Source: an uncultured virus (IMG/VR IMGVR_UViG_3300050821_001073) | Taxonomy: Duplodnaviria; Heunggongvirae; Uroviricota; Caudoviricetes | Virus record (IMG/VR): IMGVR_UViG_3300050821_001073 | Strand: one strand, 5' to 3' | DNA length: 30,087 nt | Shown here: positions 1-7,062 of the stretch, in pieces | Position numbering within the stretch: position 1 is the stretch's first letter | Layout of the letters: each line of letters opens with the position of its first letter | Position numbers and translations under genes: made by a program | Notes under the pieces: model-generated | What the model saw: only the letters and a program-made list of their open reading frames with translations | Database searches by the model: none | Told to the model about the DNA's origin: nothing

Positions 1-2
1 CC

Positions 3-473
3 AACAATCCTGGCTATTACCCATGTAGAGAAAACCTTGAAACCATTGTCAACTGGATCTTGAAACAAAAGTTGGCCATGGTAAGAGAAAACATCCAGTA
101 CGCATACGATACGCTAAAAGCAGCCGGATTGCTGCTTGAAGCACCAATGATACGTGAGGCTGTGGCCCCGGTTCAAGCCCCTATTGAGCCCGTGACACAA
201 ACGCCGGAAATTGTCCCGGCACAGGAAGAAGTCAGTCGGATTACTGAACCGAAACCTGCGAATCGCCGTCCTGCCGCAATCGCATCTGGCTTGTCAAACA
301 AGTCCGCCGCAAGCGTGGGCACACCACCCAAGAGCGGTTATACGTTGGAAGAAATCAATCGAATGTCTTCCGCCCAATTGCTCCATGCCTCAAAGACCGT
401 AAAGGGTTTTGATGCCATGATCGACCGATTGGAGAAAGAGGCATTTGAGAAGCGCCAAGCAAACCGCCAATAA
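3..473 (+). CDS. Putative capsid scaffolding protein, C-terminal part (5'-truncated by window)
   Basis: Frame is open from nt 3. Pro/Ala-rich linker, then a C-terminal helical motif (GYTLEEINRMSSAQL...) directly upstream of the MCP, the usual scaffold position. Confidence 0.6.
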   Translation, partial: NNPGYYPCRENLETIVNWILKQKLAMVRENIQYAYDTLKAAGLLLEAPMIREAVAPVQAPIEPVTQTPEIVPAQEEVSRITEPKPANRRPAAIASGLSNKSAASVGTPPKSGYTLEEINRMSSAQLLHASKTVKGFDAMIDRLEKEAFEKRQANRQ

Positions 474-507
474 CGGTCTTGTTTTGCGTTAAGGGAACCA
501 TTTCACA

Positions 508-560
508 ATGGCTTATACTCCTGCTGCAAACACTACCAACACCCTCCCGCAATCGACCGT
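508..560 (+). CDS. Major capsid protein exon 1 (MAYTPAANTTNTLPQST + GT of Val)
   Basis: ATG at 508 after AAGGGA. Joins exon 2 in frame (GT|C = Val) to give ...PQSTVKYYDAKFRENLKAQ, matching the N4-gp56-like N-terminal 'YYD' motif. Confidence 0.85.
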
Positions 561-769
561 TTTTACTGGCGGTCTTTAAATCTTTTCTAATTGACTTCAA
601 CGCTGAAATGCCAAGAAGGGCGAAGCCGAAAGGCACGCTGAGAGACTAAGCGAAAAGACACTTTTATGAGGAGTGATACGATAGTCCGAACATGTCAGAA
701 TAGTTCCATAATGACATGAAATTGACAGAAATGCTCAATTCCGGCATAGACATGCTGAGTAACAACTTG
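561..769 (+). ncRNA. Group I self-splicing intron 1 in MCP gene (209 nt, no ORF)
   Basis: P1 GACCGU(555-560)/GCGGUC(569-574) with U560-G569 wobble; P3 UCUUUUC(581-587)/GAAAAGA(652-658); P7 GACUA(644-648)/UAGUC(682-686); P8 659-675; three P9-region hairpins 691-757; terminal G769; P10 UACUG(564-568) with CAAGUA(770-775), one bulge; removal restores the frame. Confidence 0.9.
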
Positions 770-1616
770 CAAGTACTACGACGCGAAATTCCGTGAGAAT
801 TTGAAAGCTCAGACTCCTTTCGTGGCTTGTTCAGAGCGTTTGAACCTGCCCGTCCAGTCTGGTAACCAATATGAAATGTTCATGTACGTTCCGTTCGCTG
901 CCAACACGACTCAGGTCACCGAAGGCACCGTTGGAACGAGCATCACTGCTAACGTCCTGAACACGACTGCCACCATCGGCGAATACGCCGACTTCGCTAA
1001 CTTCTCTTCTTTGGCTCTCGCTACCGCGATTGACAACACCGTTGAGAACGTTGCCAAGGAAATGGCGTATCGTTTGGGCGAGTCGTTGTCCGCTGTGGTT
1101 CGCGCCACGGTTGACGGCGCTCCTTCGATTGATAGCTCGGTTCTCGTGAAACTGCCTGCGACTTCGTTGACGGCTTTCACGACCCTGTCCCTGTCCGCGA
1201 TTCGTAATGCGGTTCAGAGCTTGGCTGGCCGTGCAGTTCGTCCGTATGATGAAGCTACCAAGCTGTTCGGTGGCGTGATTCACCCGTTTGCCGTTGGTGA
1301 CGTTCTTGCTGACAACAGCAACAACAGCCCCATCGACATCGCGAAGCACACCTCCATTGGTCTGGCCAAGATGGAAGATCTTATCTCTACCGACCTGACT
1401 GAAATGATCGAATTCCCGTCTTCTGGCGTGGCGTTCTTCCAATCGCAGCTCGTCACCACGACTCCTAACTTCCAATCCGTGACCGGATTGACCGCTCTTC
1501 GCACCTATATCTTCGGGCGCGACGGCGTTTACAGCATCAAGCTTGGCGCACAGGGCGATACCGCTTATGGCGACGGCGAATGGCAGAACATAAAACCGTC
1601 CATAGTACAAAACGCT
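770..1616 (+). CDS. Major capsid protein exon 2 (N4-gp56-like, HK97 fold)
   Basis: Open frame KYYDAKFRENLKAQTPF...LPVQSGNQYEMFMYVP...TEGT...GEYADF...IHP...TYIFGRDG; strongly biased codon usage typical of a highly expressed gene. Confidence 0.85.
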
Positions 1617-2509
1617 AGAAACTTCGGTGTGGCGTCTGTAGGCTTAAATCTACAGTAAAAAATAAAGCAACTCTAATTGACTTGGAAGCTGAAATGCTAA
1701 CAGGGGGCAAGCTAACGCAGCCTGAACGACTAAACGAGTTGCATCCTTATAGGATATGTGATAGTCTAAACTTATGGAAAAAAGCACTTATATTGATGAA
1801 ACAGGAAACCGCTACGGAAGATTGATCGTGATCTCCAAAGCTGAAACTCTTAAAAAAGGAAACAAAACACTCGCGCAATGGAATTGCATTTGTGACTGCG
1901 GACAAGAACGCATCGCATTGGGTCATGTATTGCGGTCGGGTAAACTGCTTAGCTGTGGTTGTTTGAAGCGGGAACGTGCCGTGGAGAATTGCCAAAAAGG
2001 TACGGATGGACGTAAAGGTCTTCCCGCCTATAACAGCGTAGATGAGATTGGAAACATATACGGCAGATTAACAGTGATTGCTCAATTACCAACGAAGCAC
2101 AAACGTTCAAGATGGCGTTGTAAATGTGAATGTGGTAAAGAGAAGAATGTTACTGGAGGGTCTTTAAGATCCGGTAAGGTTCAAAGCTGTGGGTGTTTAT
2201 ATCGTGATGTCGATGCCTTTGAAAAGCGCAAACCACGCATTGTGGATTACAGACGAAATGCAAGGCAGAGAGATTACGAGTTTTTGATTTCAGAAGAAGA
2301 GTTTGAAGCTATTACTAGTTTGTCGTGCCATTATTGTGGGGAAATCGCTCCTAATGGAATAGACCGAATTGATAATAAAGTAGGATATGTCAAAGAGAAT
2401 TTAGTTCCTTGTTGTAGTTTATGCAATAGAATGAAACTAACTTTGACTACTGAAAGGTTCATCGAGCAGTGCAACAAGATCATTAACCATAAGAATAATA
2501 TTACGCTTG
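1617..2509 (+). ncRNA. Group I intron 2 in MCP gene (893 nt) with homing endonuclease ORF in the P9 region
   Basis: P1 ACGCU(1612-1616)/GGCGU(1631-1635) with U-G at the splice site; P2 1636-1655; P3 GCAACUC(1667-1673)/GAGUUGC(1736-1742); P7 GACUA(1728-1732)/UAGUC(1762-1766); P8 1743-1755; P10 GGUGU(1626-1630)/GCACC(2510-2514); terminal G2509. Confidence 0.9.
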
Positions 2510-2517
2510 GCACCTAG
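1774..2517 (+). CDS. Intron-encoded HNH-family homing endonuclease with two N-terminal Cys-rich repeats
   Basis: Two repeats GNxYGRLxVI...WxCxCxCG...LRSGKxxSCGC, then CHYCG...NGIDRIDNKVGYVKENLVPCCSLCNRMK (ββα-metal/HNH-like). AT-richer than the flanking exons. Confidence 0.85.
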   Translation: MEKSTYIDETGNRYGRLIVISKAETLKKGNKTLAQWNCICDCGQERIALGHVLRSGKLLSCGCLKRERAVENCQKGTDGRKGLPAYNSVDEIGNIYGRLTVIAQLPTKHKRSRWRCKCECGKEKNVTGGSLRSGKVQSCGCLYRDVDAFEKRKPRIVDYRRNARQRDYEFLISEEEFEAITSLSCHYCGEIAPNGIDRIDNKVGYVKENLVPCCSLCNRMKLTLTTERFIEQCNKIINHKNNITLGT

Positions 2518-2641
2518 CGTAGCGGACCCGGAAGGCCTGATCCCAGGCTGGACCGCTTATAAAGTGCACTTTACGACCTCTTTGGGAGCCGATCCGATCA
2601 TCAGGATTCGTCTCATCGACGCCGCGAGTGCGATCAGCTAA
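2510..2641 (+). CDS. Major capsid protein exon 3 (APSVADPEGLIPGWTAYKVHF...AIS*)
   Basis: 43 codons plus TAA, in frame after ...VQNA; contains the DP...GW..K C-terminal motif of N4-gp56-like MCPs; followed by a terminator. Confidence 0.85.
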   Translation, partial: APSVADPEGLIPGWTAYKVHFTTSLGADPIIRIRLIDAASAIS

Positions 2642-2675
2642 GATTTGCTTTAGTTGGTGTAGCAGCAATAAAGAT

Positions 2676-2701
2676 AGGGAGCCCTAACCGGCTCCCTTTT
2701 C
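2676..2701 (+). terminator. Rho-independent terminator after MCP
   Basis: AGGGAGCC-ctaacc-GGCTCCCT hairpin followed by TTT-CTATT. Confidence 0.75.
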
Positions 2702-2731
2702 TATTAGTTTTATCCTTTTAAGGAGACATTC

Positions 2732-3169
2732 ATGTTTGATTATATTTCTCAGGGCGTACCTACCGTCCAGTCACCCGCTGCACCGGCTCTATTGGCCGAT
2801 GTGGTAAACGGTCGTCTGTATGTCTCAACCGCTGCCGGTTGGACCAATGTCGCTTCTGGCGTTCAGCAGACCCTGTCCGCTAACGGTGCGATTTCGCCGA
2901 CTTCTTCGGCTACCTACGCGATCACCAAGACTTCTGCGGATCTTTTGACGCTTGCAGCTCCTACGGCTGCTGGTGTGAACATCACTGTGACTAGTGACTC
3001 AGCGTTCGCCCACACAATTACCGCTACTGGACTGATCCAGGACGGAACCACTGGTGGACCGCACAACGTTGCAACTTTTGCCGCGTTTCCTGGTGCGACC
3101 GTTCACTTCGTTTCAGCTCCTAGTTTGAAATGGAACGTTGTTTCCTTGCAGAACGTCGTAATCAGCTAA
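2732..3169 (+). CDS. Putative head decoration/fibre protein (short paralog of 3195)
   Basis: AAGGAG RBS; β-rich Thr/Ala protein; N- and C-termini similar to ORF 3195; immediately after MCP. Confidence 0.55.
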   Translation: MFDYISQGVPTVQSPAAPALLADVVNGRLYVSTAAGWTNVASGVQQTLSANGAISPTSSATYAITKTSADLLTLAAPTAAGVNITVTSDSAFAHTITATGLIQDGTTGGPHNVATFAAFPGATVHFVSAPSLKWNVVSLQNVVIS

Positions 3170-3194
3170 GATTTAGTTTTAAAAGGAACAACTG

Positions 3195-4388
3195 ATGGCG
3201 TATGATTATATAACACGTGGCGTACCCACGATTCCCGTGCCCGGTACGCCAGCTTTGGCTGTCGATATCGCTAATGATCTGCTTTATATTGGAAATCCGA
3301 CTACTGGTGGTTGGGTTCCTGCTGCTCCTGTAGCTGGACCTGCCACAGCAGTCAATCTTCCTGCTAGTAGTGCACCAACTGTTGGAACGGTTGCACAGTC
3401 TGGTGCTGCAATTCTAAGTACTTTTGGTACTGATAATCTATTTGTTGGTACTGGTAGCGGAAACTTTTCTCTTACTGGTAGTGATAATACTGGATTAGGA
3501 TTTGATGCTCTACATAGTCTCACTACTGCTACCAAGAATACTGCGGTAGGTTCAGGAGCATTACAATCCATTACAACTGAATTTGGAATATTCACGACTC
3601 CCACAGAGAACACTGCGGTAGGTTTTGATGCTTTAAATCTTTGTACAACATTTCAGAATGTGGCAGTTGGCTCACAAGCATTGAAAGTTGCAACTACTGG
3701 TGTTAAGAACACAGCATGTGGTTATAGTGCTCTTAAGGCACTGACTACCGGGGGCAATAATGCTGCTATAGGTCTTGGTGCAGGACAACAGATTACTACC
3801 GGAGCAAATAATACTACTATGGGTGCCAATGCAGGCATCGCAATTACTACTGGTAGTAATAACGTTTCTATTGGTCAGACTAATGATGTTGACACAGGAT
3901 CTAGGAATATCACAATAGGTGTTGGTTCATTTGTTCCAGATAGTACTGCTAGTAACCAGATGAGCATTGGCAATACTGTTTATGGTTCAGGTCTAAATGG
4001 TCCAGATACTGGTAGCATCGGAATCAATGTTCAAATTCCTACTAATACTTTGGATATATTAGGTGGAATTACTTTCAGTGGTTCATTGAATCCTTTAACC
4101 GCAATTGTAGCCAATGGAGCAGTTCCTGTTACTGGATCTGCTAATTATGTTGTCACTGTGGCTACGGCGCTTACGATTGCTGCCCCTTCAGTTGATGACA
4201 CTAGGATTGAGATTACTACATTCGACACAGCGACCCCAGTTCTTACCTTCACCGGAAATACTCTAAATAGTGGCTCAGCGGCAGTCGCTACGGCTCATTT
4301 TGCAGCATTCGCAGGGTCCAGTATTATCTTGGTTTCGCATACGGGAAAATGGAATGTCATTAGCCAAAATGCAGTGACCTTTGCATAA
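3195..4388 (+). CDS. Putative head fibre with internal NTAVG β-roll (trimeric adhesin head-like) repeats
   Basis: ~14-aa repeats (NTGLGFDAL, NTAVGSGAL, NTAVGFDAL, NVAVGSQAL, NTACGYSAL) between termini shared with ORF 2732. Confidence 0.65.
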   Translation: MAYDYITRGVPTIPVPGTPALAVDIANDLLYIGNPTTGGWVPAAPVAGPATAVNLPASSAPTVGTVAQSGAAILSTFGTDNLFVGTGSGNFSLTGSDNTGLGFDALHSLTTATKNTAVGSGALQSITTEFGIFTTPTENTAVGFDALNLCTTFQNVAVGSQALKVATTGVKNTACGYSALKALTTGGNNAAIGLGAGQQITTGANNTTMGANAGIAITTGSNNVSIGQTNDVDTGSRNITIGVGSFVPDSTASNQMSIGNTVYGSGLNGPDTGSIGINVQIPTNTLDILGGITFSGSLNPLTAIVANGAVPVTGSANYVVTVATALTIAAPSVDDTRIEITTFDTATPVLTFTGNTLNSGSAAVATAHFAAFAGSSIILVSHTGKWNVISQNAVTFA

Positions 4389-4416
4389 TCAGTACGTTTT
4401 TATTTAAGGAGCCTTC

Positions 4417-5439
4417 ATGGCAAACCCCACTCCTCAGCCCAATCCTACGACTGGTATTGGGACCGCTGCACGAGTTCGTATGAGCGGCACTGGCATTACG
4501 CAGATTACGGGCAATGAATACACCGTAACACTTGGTGTTGTCGGGATGACCACGACCACTGTTACCCCACTTATACAGGATGTTGCAGGATCGGCCTTCA
4601 CTTCTGGTAATTCAAATATTGCCCAATATGTTTCACGTTCACCTTCTATCGCCACGGTCGGCGCTACGAGTGGGATCATCACCGCCGTGTCCACTGGACA
4701 GGCTGAAATCGAAGTCCAGTATGCAACATTTGATGGAACGAATAGCGTTCTTGTGGACAAAATATATGCTACGGTTCTTTCTACCGTTACCGTGAATACT
4801 CCCGTTCCGGGTCCAGTACTAACTGGCCTTGGTAACTTCGGTATGCTAGGAATCGCTGCTTCGACTGGTAGCGCCGCCACTTCTGGCAATGCTGCTCACG
4901 TTGCGTCTGACGTTGGTAGTCGCACTGCAATCAATAACTTTCCTCCGACGGTTGTGGATTCTCCGTTCGTTCTTCACAGTCTCGATGATTCGCCGACTGA
5001 AACTGCTATCACTGCTTTCTTGGCAGCTTACGCAGATCTCAGCACTCGGACTCCTGGAACCACTTATGCTGGCGATAAGAATCTTGGTGGATTGACTCTT
5101 GGTCCTGGAATCTATCGATCTACTTCAACTTTTAGCATCACGACTTCGACGAATCTTACGCTAAACGGTTCCGCTACTGACGTTTGGGTCTTCCAGGCGA
5201 CCACGGCGATGACCACGGGCGCTACTTGTCAGGTTATTCTGACTGGTGGAGCACTGGCGAAGAACGTCTATTGGGTAATGGGCACGTCGATGACTCTTGG
5301 AGCTACGAACGTATTCAACGGTAGCATACTTGCAGGAGCCGCTATCAATGTTGGTGATACCGTTACGGTTCACGGTCGTTGCTTGGCTCAGACTGCGGTT
5401 ACGTTGACTGGCAATTTGATCGTGCTGACCCTCCCGTAA
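4417..5439 (+). CDS. Ig-like (Big_2-type) plus DUF3494 ice-binding-like domain virion protein
   Basis: N-terminal YVSRSPSIATV..SGIITAVSTGQAEI (Big_2-like). C-terminal AYADL...LGGLTLGPGIY...VWVFQ...VILTGGALAKNVYWVMGTSMTLG...FNGSILA...VHGRCLAQTAVTL, a typical DUF3494 pattern. Confidence 0.8.
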   Translation: MANPTPQPNPTTGIGTAARVRMSGTGITQITGNEYTVTLGVVGMTTTTVTPLIQDVAGSAFTSGNSNIAQYVSRSPSIATVGATSGIITAVSTGQAEIEVQYATFDGTNSVLVDKIYATVLSTVTVNTPVPGPVLTGLGNFGMLGIAASTGSAATSGNAAHVASDVGSRTAINNFPPTVVDSPFVLHSLDDSPTETAITAFLAAYADLSTRTPGTTYAGDKNLGGLTLGPGIYRSTSTFSITTSTNLTLNGSATDVWVFQATTAMTTGATCQVILTGGALAKNVYWVMGTSMTLGATNVFNGSILAGAAINVGDTVTVHGRCLAQTAVTLTGNLIVLTLP

Positions 5440-5461
5440 CATTTGATTTAAAGGAGCCTTA

Positions 5462-5893
5462 ATGGCCAATCCGACCCCTTCGCATAATCCTACGGATGCT
5501 CTTGGTACGGCAGTGGTAATTGAACTGTCTGGCACTGGCGTTACGAATATTACTGGCAATGAGTACACTGTGCAGCTTTCCGTGTCGGCTACTGGCTTTC
5601 CGGCTACTTGCACTCTGACCGCTGTTCTGGAAGATGCTGCCGATGCCACGTTCACTTCTGGTAACTCTAATGTTGTCAATTATATTAGCTACAACAACCC
5701 TGGCGCAAACTCTGCTGTTTCGCAGAATCCTAACATTGCCAGTGTTGGCATTACCTCTGGCGTCATCACCGCTCTGAATCCCGGCCAAGCCGTGATCGAA
5801 GCGCGTTTTGCTACCACTGATGAGAATGTCAACAGCAATAGCTTGCTTCCTGGCTTTATCTATGCCACGGTGTTGGTTGTCGTTGGTCCGTAA
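5462..5893 (+). CDS. Ig-like (Big_2-type) virion protein, short paralog of 4417
   Basis: AAGGAG RBS; MANPTP..NPT..GTA...SGTG.T.ITGNEYTV.L shared with 4417; NPNIASV..SGVITALNPGQAVI. Confidence 0.7.
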   Translation: MANPTPSHNPTDALGTAVVIELSGTGVTNITGNEYTVQLSVSATGFPATCTLTAVLEDAADATFTSGNSNVVNYISYNNPGANSAVSQNPNIASVGITSGVITALNPGQAVIEARFATTDENVNSNSLLPGFIYATVLVVVGP

Positions 5894-5953
5894 CTGTATC
5901 TAAACGCACGGCAGGTTAACCCCCTGCCGTTGCACCCTTGAAAGGAGCCCCCG

Positions 5954-6667
5954 ATGGCGGATGTACGCGATGCAATGGCCAGCTTGGCTACAGGTACGAA
6001 GAAGGCTCCCAAGGCAACCCCTAAGGTTGAGCCCAAATCCGAAATGACGGAAAGAATTATAGATAGGCCCAAAAGAGGGTCAGATGGCTTATTTGAGCAG
6101 CCAGAACCTGAAAAGGGCAATGATAAACGCGCAAAGCGGGAAGTAGATGAGCAACGCCACCGTTTGACATTTGCGGAATTGTTCAATTATGCCGATATTA
6201 CTACTGGAAACCCGGCCACATTTGATCCTACAGGTAAATATGTCTGTGGTGGGTGCAATAAGTTTTACGGCAAAGACAAATGTACGATCATTAAGCCAGA
6301 ATCTGGAATAGACGCCAATGCAGGCGGATGCGCTAAGTGGGACATTCCTCGTGCTAGCGATACTGAACTGGATATCGCAGAGAATCCTAAAGCTGCTACG
6401 GCTGAGAGTGTTGCATATGGAGTCTCCAAGAAGGCTAAGTTCGGTTGTCAGGTCTGTCCGTTCGCTGAGAAGGCCAATGAGCTTGACTCGCAACGTCGGG
6501 ATACCTACTGTAAGCAGATGGATGCACGTGTTTACTGGAATGCCTGCTGTACTTTTAATGGAGTTGAAGTTGAGGGCTATTTCGAGGGAAACAAACTCTC
6601 GAAGGAAGAAGCCGAAGAAAGTTATGAGTCGCCCGAAGAAGAGGCTACCGAGCACACAGAGGAGTAA
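5954..6667 (+). CDS. Cys-rich hypothetical protein with two HiPIP-like four-Cys motifs
   Basis: AAGGAG RBS; C-x2-C-x8-C-x15-C-x2-W and C-x2-C-x17-C-x12-C; charged, probably disordered termini. Confidence 0.6.
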   Translation: MADVRDAMASLATGTKKAPKATPKVEPKSEMTERIIDRPKRGSDGLFEQPEPEKGNDKRAKREVDEQRHRLTFAELFNYADITTGNPATFDPTGKYVCGGCNKFYGKDKCTIIKPESGIDANAGGCAKWDIPRASDTELDIAENPKAATAESVAYGVSKKAKFGCQVCPFAEKANELDSQRRDTYCKQMDARVYWNACCTFNGVEVEGYFEGNKLSKEEAEESYESPEEEATEHTEE

Positions 6668-6668
6668 C

Positions 6669-6809
6669 ATGGATCACCAAGAGGATTTGGCAGTGGAAAA
6701 TGGGCAGTTGAAGCGCGAAGTACGATTCATGCGTAGACATGTCCGTAAACTTGAAAGGGCGCTTTCAGAGCTATTCAAACAGTATTGTGAAGAGACTAAA
6801 GACAATTAA
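6669..6809 (+). CDS. Small coiled-coil hypothetical protein (46 aa, MDHQEDLAVENGQLKREV...)
   Basis: GAGGAG RBS overlapping the upstream stop; heptad Leu pattern. This is the 3' end of track ORF 6318..6809. Confidence 0.6.
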   Translation: MDHQEDLAVENGQLKREVRFMRRHVRKLERALSELFKQYCEETKDN

Positions 6810-6812
6810 CTG

Positions 6813-6821
6813 TGCTATAAT
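6813..6821 (+). promoter_or_regulatory. Extended -10 promoter (TGcTATAAT)
   Basis: Perfect TGnTATAAT at the start of an intergenic region; similar context at 23486. Confidence 0.65.
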
Positions 6822-6825
6822 AGTA

Positions 6826-7050
6826 GTATAGAGATGATCTAGATAAGGGCAAATGAGGGCTTGGAGAGGTCGGATTACCCACTCCAGCTTGTTGTTTGTC
6901 CATAGTTGTGTGCGGAATAGGCCATTCGGCACCTAACGACCGACTAAATACAGGAATAATTACCCTGTTTAGGTTAGTTTCTAGGCTTTTGGCTCCTTGA
7001 AGGCACTTTAAACTGCCTGTAAGGGGTCTTTGAGGGGCCACAAAGCAAAA
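6826..7050 (+). ncRNA. Candidate structured leader / ncRNA
   Basis: ~240-nt non-coding gap in an otherwise tightly packed operon, containing at least four consecutive hairpins downstream of a promoter. Confidence 0.4.
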
Positions 7051-7062
7051 ATGAGGAGAGAA

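Noticed and set aside
801..1658. Track ORF as a complete 285-aa capsid protein
   Set aside because: No RBS at 801, the frame is open further upstream to 771, and the last 13 residues are intron sequence; it is exon 2 of a spliced gene.
5906..5933. Hairpin GCACGGCAGG/CCTGCCGTTGC as an intrinsic terminator
   Set aside because: No U-tract follows; it may be a processing or stability hairpin but cannot be called a terminator.
6318..6668. 5' part of track ORF 6318..6809
   Set aside because: Overlaps the 5954 gene out of frame; only the portion from ATG 6669 has an RBS.
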